DNA of 64,000 nucleotides from a virus. The stretch is from IMG/VR virus record IMGVR_UViG_3300033141_003544, positions 32,001-96,000 of that record. One strand, written 5' to 3'. Below the pieces are notes generated by a model. The model made no database searches and was not told the origin of the DNA. It was given only the letters and a program-made list of their open reading frames with translations. Positions 44,982-54,700 of this stretch are shown here, piece after piece (positions within the stretch are counted from its first letter, which is position 1; every line of letters starts with the position of its first letter). Both the position numbers and the translations under genes were made by a program.

Positions 44982-45254
44982 ATGGGAATACCATATAAAA
45001 AATGGAAAATGAAGAATAATGAGGTTCTTCCTATCGTCCAAGAGCTCAGGGGAAAGGTTCAAGGTATTTTGGATGATGGTGGGGATTATATCTATATACG
45101 TTTGAGATGTCTTCTCGAAGGTATAAACTCTGTTACGGTTGTTAATCAAATAATAGATGAATTTAATCTTCAAGTATTGGGGTTTGAAAGAAGAGTTATT
45201 AGCAAGAGACAACCTTTTTCATTACAGTCTATGTTTTTGATTGAGGATGGTTAA
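44982..45254 (+). CDS. hypothetical protein
   Basis: SD plus ORF. Confidence 0.5.
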   Translation: MGIPYKKWKMKNNEVLPIVQELRGKVQGILDDGGDYIYIRLRCLLEGINSVTVVNQIIDEFNLQVLGFERRVISKRQPFSLQSMFLIEDG

Positions 45255-45263
45255 AAAAGTAAG

Positions 45264-45291
45264 TTGTAAGTTCTTAATTGGTTTTTATATT
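45264..45291 (+). promoter_or_regulatory. promoter TTGTAA-16-TATATT
   Basis: Family match. Confidence 0.6.
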
Positions 45292-45334
45292 AAAATTCAA
45301 AAATATTTTTGTTATAATATAAACCTTACTTTAA

Positions 45335-45643
45335 TTGGAGGACGATATGCTTGTGAGTTTGAAATGTTCAATTTGTGGAAGAACTCAAAATTATGATTTT
45401 CCTGATATAAATAAAAAAGGTTTGCTTGAAAATTTTTTGAGGGATGATTTTATATGTTCTGAATGTAGAAAATTAGATGAAATAGATGTATTGTTACTCA
45501 CTGTTTTACAAATGGAGGGTGATATGTCATCAAATAGATTAGCTAAAGTTTTTGGTTTAAGTATTGAAGAAGTAAATACAAGGCTAGATTATTTGACTCG
45601 TACAAATATAATAACAAAATATGATGGAATAGAAGAAGAATAA
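45335..45643 (+). CDS. zinc ribbon + winged-HTH protein
   Basis: CSIC..CSEC; LAKVFGLSIEEV..RL..L; likely start at the GGAGG-preceded ATG 45347. Confidence 0.6.
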   Translation: MEDDMLVSLKCSICGRTQNYDFPDINKKGLLENFLRDDFICSECRKLDEIDVLLLTVLQMEGDMSSNRLAKVFGLSIEEVNTRLDYLTRTNIITKYDGIEEE

Positions 45644-45770
45644 GGAAGAAATAATATGATTATTATGTTATTTGTATTTTGAATAGAAACAGAGGTAGAA
45701 ATTTATAATTGAAATTGTATACAAAATAAGAGTTGATTGTATTAGGTTATAATACAAAATAAAAAGAAAG

Positions 45771-45798
45771 TTGAAAGTTACATAATGGTTTATATATT
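45771..45798 (+). promoter_or_regulatory. promoter TTGAAA-16-TATATT
   Basis: Family match. Confidence 0.6.
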
Positions 45799-45851
45799 AT
45801 ATTTAACAATTAATTGTAATACAACCCTTAACTTGGAAGGAGGTAAAAACA

Positions 45852-46166
45852 ATGTCCAAGAAAACAGAAACTAATAATGTAAAAACACCTGCAACTGAGT
45901 CGAATCAGGAAAAGGTAAAAACACCTGCAACTGAGTCGAATCAGGAAAAGGTAAAAAACATTATTACAGGTAATGAATTGACTGCTGTTGAAGTTGCTAC
46001 AGAATTGGGTTTTCTTGACGGGTTGAAGGCTGGTAGTTTTGAATATGAAGGTGCTTTAAGAAAAGCCCGTAGTATAGCGCGGTCAGTTTGTAAAGCCTAT
46101 GGTGGAGATCATAGCAAGCGTAGAGGCAAAAATGCTATCTACACTATTCCAGTTACCACCAGGTAG
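45852..46166 (+). CDS. HTH-like protein with a 36-bp exact internal duplication
   Basis: VKTPATESNQEK x2; AVEVATELGFL. Confidence 0.65.
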   Translation: MSKKTETNNVKTPATESNQEKVKTPATESNQEKVKNIITGNELTAVEVATELGFLDGLKAGSFEYEGALRKARSIARSVCKAYGGDHSKRRGKNAIYTIPVTTR

Positions 46167-46180
46167 CTAAAAGGGGAGGG

Positions 46181-46206
46181 ACGGGGTTGCAAATTTGCAA
46201 CCCCGT
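46181..46206. terminator. perfect 26-bp palindrome, probable terminator
   Basis: ACGGGGTTGCAAA/TTTGCAACCCCGT just after a stop codon. Confidence 0.6.
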
Positions 46207-46267
46207 ACCCTTGGTATGTTAAATTTTTTTGTAAAAATTAAAAATAACAAATAAAGTGAGGTAAGTT

Positions 46268-47137
46268 ATGAGTCATTTTTCATGCCTCGTTGTTGGGGAT
46301 AATCCTGAACAACAATTGGAACCTTTTTGGGAATTAGATCTTGACTTGGAAGAATTGAGAAAAGACCATAGAGCGGTATTCAGGGTAATTATTGAAGAGG
46401 GAGAATTAGAAAAAAATTATAATAAATGGAGAGATGAATATATATTGAAACTGAATAAAGCGATTGGAGAGTTAGAAGGTCTTAAATCTCAAAAAACTCC
46501 TGATTTATCTTTAATTGAGTCAACAAAAACTGACATAAAAAACTATGAGCACTATTTAGAAGATTATAGGGATCCAATGGACTGGGTATCAAAATGGTAT
46601 GGTTACTCATATGAAGAAAAAAAGGGTTGGGGTTATTGGGAAAATCCAAATGCAAAATGGGATTGGTTTCAATTAGGAGGTCGTTGGCGTGGTTATTTTA
46701 AATTAAAATTAAATTCTGGTGTAGATACAACTCTTGGGGAGATGGGAAGTTTTGGAAATGAATCAAAATATGATGCTGATCAAGCTGTAAAAAAAGATAT
46801 TGATTTTTATAATATGAGAATCGGAAATTTTGAGGAAGCTTCAAGATTATGGGAGGAAGCTTGGAAAAATTACCCTGAAGAGGATAAATCCGTTCGTCGT
46901 TATTTGGAATACGGAATAACAAAAGAAGATACAAAGGAAAGTTATCTTAAACGACAAACTTCAATTGCAACACATGCAGTTTTAATGGATGGTAAGTGGT
47001 ATCAACGAGGTGAAATGGGTTGGTGGGGACATATTAGTAATGAAAAAGATCTTGATGTGTGGGAGAAAGAATTTAATGAATTATTGGATAATCTACCAGA
47101 TGATACTTTGTTAAGTGTTTATGATCTTCATATATAA
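46268..47137 (+). CDS. conserved phage hypothetical protein (MSHF..NPNAKWDW..GGRW..D.HI family)
   Basis: Recurrent phage motifs. Confidence 0.7.
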   Translation: MSHFSCLVVGDNPEQQLEPFWELDLDLEELRKDHRAVFRVIIEEGELEKNYNKWRDEYILKLNKAIGELEGLKSQKTPDLSLIESTKTDIKNYEHYLEDYRDPMDWVSKWYGYSYEEKKGWGYWENPNAKWDWFQLGGRWRGYFKLKLNSGVDTTLGEMGSFGNESKYDADQAVKKDIDFYNMRIGNFEEASRLWEEAWKNYPEEDKSVRRYLEYGITKEDTKESYLKRQTSIATHAVLMDGKWYQRGEMGWWGHISNEKDLDVWEKEFNELLDNLPDDTLLSVYDLHI

Positions 47138-47151
47138 AGGAGGTATAATAA

Positions 47152-47475
47152 ATGAAAATGGTAACACTACAACAAACAGGGTATTATATTAAAGGTCAAG
47201 TTGACGTTACTCTTTGGACGGGAGATATAGGAAAACTTTATATGGATCCGACGGTGGTTCCTCTTGGTAATATGACAAAGGAAAACCTTATGAAATGTAT
47301 TAACGATGGACAATATGGAGTACAGTTTATCGATAGAGCAGAACTTGCTGTTTATGATTATTATGAAAATAATTATAAAGAGTTTAATAGGTATATTGAT
47401 GTTAATGAGTATTTTTGTAAAAAATATCAATCAATATTTTGTAAAGGTATAAAAAAGAAAGTTGATAGTGAGTAA
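47152..47475 (+). CDS. hypothetical protein
   Basis: SD AAGGAGGT. Confidence 0.6.
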   Translation: MKMVTLQQTGYYIKGQVDVTLWTGDIGKLYMDPTVVPLGNMTKENLMKCINDGQYGVQFIDRAELAVYDYYENNYKEFNRYIDVNEYFCKKYQSIFCKGIKKKVDSE

Positions 47476-47490
47476 AAAAGTTTGTATATT
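47462..47490 (+). promoter_or_regulatory. promoter TTGATA-17-TATATT
   Basis: Family match. Confidence 0.6.
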
Positions 47491-47527
47491 AAATAAAAAC
47501 AAAAAATATTTATTGAATGGAGGAATC

Positions 47528-47923
47528 ATGCCTACTTCAAACAAATTTTTTTACTTGTCTTATATTGCAAAAAATTTTGAAAATCTTACTTTTACCGAAA
47601 AATTCTCTCTTTTGAGAGAAGCGATGAAGAATAAAGAAATCACTCCAAAACAATTTTTGAAACTAACTTCAACAAATGGTTATAAAGATGAACTTAGAGA
47701 AAAAGTAATATTCAATAGGTATTTGTCAAAAGCAGGTTTTGGGAATCAAGAAATAAGAAAAGTTAAAGTTAAAAGGAGAAGTACTCCTGAATGGACAGGG
47801 CAATCAGAAAAAACATTTCAATTTGATGATAGTTATTATGGAACTAAAAAAACATTGATTGTACCTCCAGAGTTACAAGGAGCAATCAATAGGATACATA
47901 ATTGTCCAAGACCGAGGGGTTAA
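47528..47923 (+). CDS. hypothetical protein
   Basis: ATG 47528 after GGAGG, within the track ORF. Confidence 0.55.
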   Translation: MPTSNKFFYLSYIAKNFENLTFTEKFSLLREAMKNKEITPKQFLKLTSTNGYKDELREKVIFNRYLSKAGFGNQEIRKVKVKRRSTPEWTGQSEKTFQFDDSYYGTKKTLIVPPELQGAINRIHNCPRPRG

Positions 47924-47924
47924 A

Positions 47925-48284
47925 ATGACTTATAAAGAGTTGTATCAAAAACTTGTACAGTCAAAAAGAAATATTGTAAAGGACAGTGGGGATTTTTATT
48001 GGCACAAAGGTAAGGTAAAACTGTCAAATGGTGATATAGTTCTTGCTTGGATGTTGTTGGATCATGGTTCTTCTGGTGAGCATTGGGATACAGTGTTCTT
48101 TTTTAAATCTGAAAAGAAATTATATTGCATTGCTCAGTCACTGTTTAGTTCTGATTTACTTTCTGAAACCACAAAAGGTTTTATAAAGAGGGTAAAAGAA
48201 GGTTATCAATATTGGATAAGTGAACCTTATGATGGTGATATACATATTGATAAAAATGGTTGGGTCAGTCAACCGGTATATTAA
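47925..48284 (+). CDS. hypothetical protein
   Basis: ATG (MTYKEL) after GAGGGG; SSGEHW motif. Confidence 0.55.
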   Translation: MTYKELYQKLVQSKRNIVKDSGDFYWHKGKVKLSNGDIVLAWMLLDHGSSGEHWDTVFFFKSEKKLYCIAQSLFSSDLLSETTKGFIKRVKEGYQYWISEPYDGDIHIDKNGWVSQPVY

Positions 48285-48316
48285 TGATCGGTTGTATTTT
48301 AAAAAGGAGAAATAAA

Positions 48317-48529
48317 ATGGGTAAAAATTTTAATAGGGGTAAAATAGTAAATATTACAGTATTCAAGACTGATAAATCGTCAATGGAGTTTTTAGGGAGA
48401 TATGAGATATTTGACTGGTATATTATTGTTCATGAGTTTGAAAAGGTAGACGGTGATTGGAAAGAAACAGGTAATCTCTATCTGTTTAATCAGAATATTG
48501 TTGAAGAAATACATTATAATAGGATATAG
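48317..48529 (+). CDS. hypothetical protein
   Basis: SD AAGGAG before MGKNF. Confidence 0.5.
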   Translation: MGKNFNRGKIVNITVFKTDKSSMEFLGRYEIFDWYIIVHEFEKVDGDWKETGNLYLFNQNIVEEIHYNRI

Positions 48530-48565
48530 ACTCCATTATTCTTACAAATAAAGAGGAGAAATAAT

Positions 48566-48874
48566 ATGAGTTGGTCAATATTAGGGATAACTTACAAAAA
48601 GAGTCGAATAGAAAGAGACTATGATATTTTTGATAAAATAAAGATTGGAGCTTTGGTTGAATTAAGTAATTGTACCAATTGTAAAGGAGAGATAACATTA
48701 ACAAGTTCTTGTGAAGAAAAAGTTAAAATTTACCGTTCTATCTTACTCTATTATAATTATATTGTCGTGATTTCCTACTCAAATAAGGGAACAGCGACCT
48801 TATTTGCTAAACCTACCTATTTATCATTAAATAGGTTCTCAGCGGATAATATAAGACCACCCATGTATCCATAG
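48566..48874 (+). CDS. hypothetical protein
   Basis: SD GAGGAG. Confidence 0.5.
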   Translation: MSWSILGITYKKSRIERDYDIFDKIKIGALVELSNCTNCKGEITLTSSCEEKVKIYRSILLYYNYIVVISYSNKGTATLFAKPTYLSLNRFSADNIRPPMYP

Positions 48875-48930
48875 AGATAAGGAAACTAGACTTTATATAA
48901 AAACTTTTGGAGGTTGAAATTCCTCCATCA

Positions 48931-48967
48931 GGGCTGGGGTTTTTTGACTCCATTCTTTCCCCAGCCC
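48931..48967. terminator. GC-rich hairpin
   Basis: GGGCTGGGG...CCCCAGCCC after the end of an operon. Confidence 0.5.
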
Positions 48968-49133
48968 GCCACTTTTAATCTGTGTTGCTATATAAAATAA
49001 TTATACACTATGTTTTTGACAAATAAAGGACATAACATCTTTTTTAACTTAACGTTAAAAGAAAACACACAACTCTCTTTTTATCTAATTCAAATTGAAA
49101 CTTATCCCATTTCATTTATGGAATACAAAAAAG

Positions 49134-49200
49134 TGTGTTCCACAGCGTGTTAAAAGTATGTTGTAAGTGGGAAAATGGTTTTGTATATTAAAACAAAAAA
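49134..49200 (+). promoter_or_regulatory. repeated ~60-bp promoter module, copy 1 (TTGTAA-17-TATATT)
   Basis: 66 of 67 nt identical to 52954-53020. Confidence 0.85.
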
Positions 49201-49229
49201 TGTGTTTAAGAAAAGAAAGGAGCTAACCA

Positions 49230-49700
49230 ATGGAAAAGTTACAAACAAGAAAAATTGTTCAGGTTAAAAAGTCAGAGATAAGGTCAAAGAAAAAGAAGAA
49301 ATCAAAAGACAAAGCCTGGCCTGGAGCTGCAAGAGATAGGGATTTTTGTATTCGAAAAGAAAAATTTGATGGGCGAGAAGTTGTTGTCTCGTATAGAAAA
49401 GAGTCTGGGAAAGTGGATTTTTCTACAAGAGAAATTATATCAGATTTAGAAGGTGAGCCAAGTTTACAAGACATTAGGTTAGAACGATGTAGATGTTTCC
49501 TTTGTGGAAAAGAATTCTTCAATGAAGATGGCTTGGCAAATCATGTTGGAGAGTGTGAAGGCAATCAGGGAGCAAGAATCCTTGACGGTTTTAAGCTAAA
49601 AGAGCAAGCAAAAGGGGTTATTTCTGATATAATTGATGTAGCACAACCACAAAGGTTTTGTGATGGAGTTTCAATATCAGTAGGAGGACCTATTAAATGA
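49230..49700 (+). CDS. basic protein with C2H2-like finger; paralogue of 55608-55826
   Basis: RKIV.VKK..WPG..RD; CFLCGKEF....L..H. Confidence 0.65.
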   Translation: MEKLQTRKIVQVKKSEIRSKKKKKSKDKAWPGAARDRDFCIRKEKFDGREVVVSYRKESGKVDFSTREIISDLEGEPSLQDIRLERCRCFLCGKEFFNEDGLANHVGECEGNQGARILDGFKLKEQAKGVISDIIDVAQPQRFCDGVSISVGGPIK

Positions 49701-49752
49701 GTTGTGGTTTACTTTCAAGAATAACAACATTATTAAAAGAAAGGAGCATAAT

Positions 49753-50007
49753 ATGTCAGATTGTATAAGAGTATGTCCTGATTGTGGTCAGCCTCTTGAT
49801 GAGGCTAATGATCCTAAATATAAACAAAATCTTTATTTCTGTTTATATTGTCAAGGATATTATCAAGAGCATCATACTATTGAAACATCGGATTGTCCAA
49901 AGTGTTATTCTAAATTACAGTTAGCAGGTGTAGCTATTGACGAAAAAACAAACTGTGAGTTGGATATTTTGATATGTCCAGAGTGTAATTATGAAAGTAT
50001 TAGATAA
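49753..50007 (+). CDS. double zinc-ribbon protein
   Basis: Four CxxC motifs; ATG after AAGGAG. Confidence 0.6.
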   Translation: MSDCIRVCPDCGQPLDEANDPKYKQNLYFCLYCQGYYQEHHTIETSDCPKCYSKLQLAGVAIDEKTNCELDILICPECNYESIR

Positions 50008-50025
50008 AACAAAAGGAGATATGAC

Positions 50026-50553
50026 ATGACTAAGGAAGAAATTCAAAAAGTACTGGATACTTCAGAGAATCCAATCGAGGAGTTAGGGGAGATTGGATTC
50101 TTTGAAGTAAACGACTGGGGGAGCTGTCAATATACTGGAGCATTAAATATGTTCAAAACTTTGAACATATTAAAAGAAGTTTTTGGTCGGGAAGAAGCCA
50201 CTAAAAAATTAGGGATAACGGTTTCATTAGGAGAAGTACGAAGTGAAGAAGAAGCAGTTAAGTTGTTTCAAAAAGAAGAAATAGAAGACCTCAAAAATTG
50301 GAATTCTCTGGAAGAAGCAAAAGAGTTAGAAAGGATTACATTCTCTTCGTTAGATGATTTTTTTGATTATGCTAATAATGCAGCTTGGGATTTGTGGAGT
50401 GCAGTTCAGTGTATAGTTGGATATGTTTTCCCAGAATTAAAAATTGAGAGTATATTTATTCAGAATGAAAATTACAAAACAGGGTTTTATTGTTGGTTGT
50501 TATATGAATATTGCGAAATAGACGAAGCGAGTTTTGCAGATTTTGCTACATAG
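50026..50553 (+). CDS. hypothetical protein
   Basis: SD AAGGAG. Confidence 0.6.
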   Translation: MTKEEIQKVLDTSENPIEELGEIGFFEVNDWGSCQYTGALNMFKTLNILKEVFGREEATKKLGITVSLGEVRSEEEAVKLFQKEEIEDLKNWNSLEEAKELERITFSSLDDFFDYANNAAWDLWSAVQCIVGYVFPELKIESIFIQNENYKTGFYCWLLYEYCEIDEASFADFAT

Positions 50554-50564
50554 TAGGTGGATAT

Positions 50565-50840
50565 ATGATAACTACTGACAAAGCTAAGAAATTAATGCAA
50601 AGTACTAATGGTAAAATATTTGGTGCTTATTTTATCAAAAAAGATTCATCATACAGACGTATGTCTTGTAGGACTGGTGTTAGGAAAAACCTAAAAGGTG
50701 TAGGTTTTAGGTTTAAACCAGAAGATAAAGGATTGTTTCCTGTTTTTGATATGAATAAACAGAACTATCGTTTTGTTAATATGAATACACTTATATCTCT
50801 AACAGTAAGTCATAAATATTATAAAGTAGAGGAGTCGTAA
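50565..50840 (+). CDS. small SH3/WYL-like beta-barrel phage protein
   Basis: GKIF...FIKKD...R.M..R.GV...VFDM....YR.VN. Confidence 0.6.
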   Translation: MITTDKAKKLMQSTNGKIFGAYFIKKDSSYRRMSCRTGVRKNLKGVGFRFKPEDKGLFPVFDMNKQNYRFVNMNTLISLTVSHKYYKVEES

Positions 50841-50841
50841 C

Positions 50842-51333
50842 ATGGAACATTCAGAAAGAATTAACAAAAAAATTCATGAATTAGCTCTTGAGATAGTTGA
50901 TGTTCTTGAAGATCTCAGAGAGAACCCAAAAACTGATTTAACCGAAGACCTTGATCCAGAAGGGGAGCCTTATACAAATTATGACAGATTGAAACACAAT
51001 CTTGAGTTTGTTATGATATTGTTCAAAGCTCTTCATGGAACTTACGAAGACGGTTATCATAATTCAGAATTTAGGGGGGTTTATTTTGATAACTTCAAAA
51101 ATTATATGATACTTGAGGAAGCCATAAAGTTTCAAGGTTTGTTTCTTGAGTTGTCTGATGTTGACCAGCAACGTGTTATTAAAGCTATAACTCATGCATT
51201 AGGTTATTGTACTTCCTATAATATCAGAGGGACTTGGTTGGAAGATTGGTATGATACCAAAACTACCATATGTGAAGAAACAATTAAAAACCTTGAAAAG
51301 GGACTAAACCCAGAATGGGAAAAAGCAAAATGA
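50842..51333 (+). CDS. hypothetical protein
   Basis: SD GAGGAG. Confidence 0.6.
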   Translation: MEHSERINKKIHELALEIVDVLEDLRENPKTDLTEDLDPEGEPYTNYDRLKHNLEFVMILFKALHGTYEDGYHNSEFRGVYFDNFKNYMILEEAIKFQGLFLELSDVDQQRVIKAITHALGYCTSYNIRGTWLEDWYDTKTTICEETIKNLEKGLNPEWEKAK

Positions 51334-51605
51334 CATTCTATGAAACAAAGCAAAAGATCCTTCGGAATATAGAAAAAAGGAAAACACAGTTAATTCAAGA
51401 GGGGAATTACTATTATTTAAAAGAGAAAGTTTCCCAAATGGTATCAAATGACAATCTTTTGGAGCTTTATTTAAATTGTATAGTATTTAGAAACTTTATA
51501 TTAGAACAATATAAGGAAACTCAACAGAAACAATTAAGTATTAACAAGCATACTAAGATAGTTATACCCTCACATATAGTGTACAGAGGGTCATTAATAA
51601 AATAA
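51330..51605 (+). CDS. hypothetical protein
   Basis: ATGA-coupled. Confidence 0.5.
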   Translation: MTFYETKQKILRNIEKRKTQLIQEGNYYYLKEKVSQMVSNDNLLELYLNCIVFRNFILEQYKETQQKQLSINKHTKIVIPSHIVYRGSLIK

Positions 51606-51616
51606 GGGGACATGAA

Positions 51617-52009
51617 GTGGTTAATTCGATTATCACTATAAAGAAAACGGAAGTCTCTAAGGAGTTATGGACTAAGTTTTTAAAAAAATTAGAAGCTAAA
51701 GAGACGGAACATAGTATAGATTCCGTCCATTTCACAATTAACTCATATAACGCTGGGGGGTTTGTATGGTATATATGTAATACAGAAAAACCAAAAAAGG
51801 AGTCCAAAATGGATTTAAAAACAAAACAGGAAAAAGATTGTTTCAAAGGAATTGATGAAACAATCGATTCAGTAGCCGAAAAACTCGATAGTGGAAAGTG
51901 GGAACTAGATAAGGCAAATGCAGTAGTGCTTCAATTAATCGGAAAAGTATTAATTGGAATAGGTATAATCTTGTCTGATATAAGAGCCCATTTAGAAAAG
52001 GGGGCATAA
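51617..52009 (+). CDS. hypothetical protein (real start may be MDLKT at 51809)
   Basis: Internal SD AAGGAG. Confidence 0.5.
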   Translation: MVNSIITIKKTEVSKELWTKFLKKLEAKETEHSIDSVHFTINSYNAGGFVWYICNTEKPKKESKMDLKTKQEKDCFKGIDETIDSVAEKLDSGKWELDKANAVVLQLIGKVLIGIGIILSDIRAHLEKGA

Positions 52010-52010
52010 C

Positions 52011-52379
52011 ATGAAAAAATTCTTACTATTGTCAGTGATATTCTTTTTTTGCAGCAATCCAGTAGCAATTCAAGAGTCAGAGTCCTTATTTGAATTGAGA
52101 GACATTTATCCTAATCCTTTCAAAGAGTTAACTGAAATTAGTATAGTTCTATTAGACGGGTCAGCCTTTCTCACCCTTAAAATTTATAATTCTCTGGGGG
52201 AGGAAGTCTGTATTCTCGAAGAAGATAGCTATTATAGTTGCATATCTAAAAAACAATTGGATTGGATCTTTAATCCAAAAGAATTCCACCTTCCTCAGGG
52301 TATTTATTTATGCAAAATCATAGCCAAAAAGGGGAGTTTGGAACAGAGTCTTTCTAAAAGAATAACTTATATAAAATAG
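52011..52379 (+). CDS. putative lipoprotein consisting of a T9SS-CTD/FlgD Ig-like domain
   Basis: MKKFLLLSVIFFFC; YPNPF...I.....LKIYNSLGEEV..L...LPQGIYLCKI....KRITYIK. Confidence 0.75.
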   Translation: MKKFLLLSVIFFFCSNPVAIQESESLFELRDIYPNPFKELTEISIVLLDGSAFLTLKIYNSLGEEVCILEEDSYYSCISKKQLDWIFNPKEFHLPQGIYLCKIIAKKGSLEQSLSKRITYIK

Positions 52380-52389
52380 GAGTCGTAAC

Positions 52390-52775
52390 ATGAAAATTAC
52401 AACTAAAACGTTAGGAGAATTTTTAATTAAACATGATAGAGCTCTGTCTGATTATACAGATTGTTCCCTTGGAGAAGATCTATCTCCCCAGAAAGAGAAT
52501 TTCCAGAAAAGTTAGTTATTGAAATTATGGAAAATCTTTCAACCATGTCCAAAAGAGTCTTAAAAGAGAATGGATATTATTTGTTGGATAAGGTTTTATA
52601 CTTTCCCAGTTGCGGTTCAAAGGAACATAAAGCTATTCCCAAATATTGGAGAGAGTTAGAAGAAATCTTTGGTCCTTTCGATGGGGAATGGACAGACTAT
52701 GACCTTTATCCTATCTCAGATTTGTTAAGAGCTATTCATTATTTAGTTTCCGAAAATTTGATTAAGGAAACATGA
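52390..52775 (+). pseudogene. hypothetical gene split by a -1 frameshift
   Basis: SD AGGAG and ATG 52390 frame stops at 52513-52515; the overlapping -1 frame runs to 52775. Confidence 0.45.
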
Positions 52776-52953
52776 ATAAAAAGGTTCTACATTCCTTCAG
52801 TTTTATATTTTTTTTGTATAAAACTTTTCTTAGAAAAGAATAACAAAAATACAATTCCGTAAAACGATTGAACTTGGTGAAATTCATGAATAAAATCCTT
52901 TTAATTGTCATTAGATCAGAGACAGCGAACTTTCCAATAATGATGGTTTTGGA

Positions 52954-53020
52954 TGTGTTCCACAGCGTGTTAAAAGTATGTTGCAAGTGGGAAAATGGTT
53001 TTGTATATTAAAACAAAAAA
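52954..53020 (+). promoter_or_regulatory. repeated promoter module, copy 2
   Basis: TTGCAA-17-TATATT inside the repeat. Confidence 0.85.
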
Positions 53021-53071
53021 GGTTTTTTGATTAAGTGAAATTTCCATTCAAAAAAAGAAAGGAGCTTACTA

Positions 53072-53335
53072 ATGGAAACACCAAAAATTGTTCAACAAGT
53101 GATTGATAATTGCGAATCTGGATATTTTGAAAGGGACACAGAACAGATCGCAAAAACATTAGGCATTTTTGGAATAAAAGGAGATAATCCTAATTTGGAT
53201 AAACTCCTTGAATTTACAAGTGTTTTACTCCAAACGTTTATGACACTTCAAAGTGAGTATAAGTATGTAACGGAAACTCCAATTGCACGTTTAATTGAAA
53301 CGTCCTATAAACAAGGATCTAATGCAAGAAAGTAA
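53072..53335 (+). CDS. hypothetical protein
   Basis: SD AAAGGAG. Confidence 0.6.
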   Translation: METPKIVQQVIDNCESGYFERDTEQIAKTLGIFGIKGDNPNLDKLLEFTSVLLQTFMTLQSEYKYVTETPIARLIETSYKQGSNARK

Positions 53336-53349
53336 AAAGGAGTCATAAT

Positions 53350-53784
53350 ATGAAAAATTGGGATGAGTCGGCTGGCGAATTTACTGGACAACCAGATGAA
53401 ACATTTAACAGTTGCTTTATTGAAGAATTAATGAAAATAACTAAAAATAACTGGCTTGTATTTCAACGAGTAGGTAATAAAGCTCAGTTATTGGTGGCTC
53501 ACGAAGCAGGTTTAACAAGTAAAAGGTTGTTTGGGCTTCCAGAAGTTATTGAAACTAAAAACTGTTTTTGGAATAACGGAGATCCTATAAAAGGAAAACT
53601 GTTTTATGAGTGGGAACTTGATCCAGATAAGAGTGGAATACTTATAGTGTGGGATCATGATTTAGGGGACGTAGTTGTTGATACAGTTGATATAGAAGTA
53701 GTAGAAAAGTTTATCGATAATGAAGACTCTGACTTTTTTCCAGAAAAAGTATGTGAAAATGTTTATTTCTCCTATATAATATAG
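53350..53784 (+). CDS. hypothetical protein
   Basis: SD AAGGAG. Confidence 0.6.
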   Translation: MKNWDESAGEFTGQPDETFNSCFIEELMKITKNNWLVFQRVGNKAQLLVAHEAGLTSKRLFGLPEVIETKNCFWNNGDPIKGKLFYEWELDPDKSGILIVWDHDLGDVVVDTVDIEVVEKFIDNEDSDFFPEKVCENVYFSYII

Positions 53785-53835
53785 AAAAGCGAAAAAGCAA
53801 AATGACAATCTTTTGGAACTTTATTTTGAAAAGGA

Positions 53836-54057
53836 TTGATTATGAATAAAGATCATGAGTGTAGAAAACACTTTAAGGCTTATGGTGGGCAAGCTATAAC
53901 AAGCGAAGCATTTTTTAGAAATGGTAAAAGGGTTAACCTTTACCCTTATTCAAAAAGAGCTTCAATTAAAGTAAAAGGTTTTTGTACTGTATGTGGACGT
54001 AAATTACAAAAAGCTTTTATTATAGGGAAAAGGGAAACTACTCTGAATATTTTATAA
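53836..54057 (+). CDS. hypothetical protein (CTVC)
   Basis: SD plus ORF. Confidence 0.5.
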   Translation: MIMNKDHECRKHFKAYGGQAITSEAFFRNGKRVNLYPYSKRASIKVKGFCTVCGRKLQKAFIIGKRETTLNIL

Positions 54058-54072
54058 GATAAGGAGCATATC

Positions 54073-54297
54073 ATGATAAGTACTTATAAAGTATTTTTTA
54101 TAGAGAAGCCAGAACCAGAAGTGTTTTCAGCTTCTAACTGGACTTTTGAGGCTATAACAGTTCGTTTTTTTAATTCGTTAGGTTCTCTTACAAGAGAATA
54201 TCCTACGGAAAAGATTTTGAGGATTGAAACAGATAGTGCCTATTACTTTTTTGACAATACTAAAGTAGTAGGTAGAATGCTTAAAGATATAAACTGA
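54073..54297 (+). CDS. hypothetical protein
   Basis: SD AAGGAG. Confidence 0.55.
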   Translation: MISTYKVFFIEKPEPEVFSASNWTFEAITVRFFNSLGSLTREYPTEKILRIETDSAYYFFDNTKVVGRMLKDIN

Positions 54298-54311
54298 AAG
54301 GAGAACTAATC

Positions 54312-54680
54312 ATGAGTAAGTTTGAAGATTATCTCGAAAGAGACGACCATGTCTTAACCTCAGTAGAGGAGGTCAGAGAACATTGTACTGATGAATCTTT
54401 GGGGGGGAATGCAAATTGGCCTCTTGACCGTATTAATGAAGTATTAAAAGCTTCCAATGGTAAACTGAGATTTAAGTATTATTTTCATGGTGGGGACGAA
54501 GAAACTGGCTGTCATGTATTTGAATATGACACTTGGTGTGATGACAAAGAATTGACTGATAAAGAATGGGAAAGCTTAAAAGAGATCCTTACTCGGGAAC
54601 AGGAAGTAATGCATAATCCTACTCCTTCTTTTTGTCTTTGTTTAGGTTCGCTTTGGCATTTTGTACCTTACAATCTTTAA
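54312..54680 (+). CDS. hypothetical protein
   Basis: SD AAGGAG. Confidence 0.6.
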   Translation: MSKFEDYLERDDHVLTSVEEVREHCTDESLGGNANWPLDRINEVLKASNGKLRFKYYFHGGDEETGCHVFEYDTWCDDKELTDKEWESLKEILTREQEVMHNPTPSFCLCLGSLWHFVPYNL

Positions 54681-54700
54681 ATATATAAGGAGAACCGATT

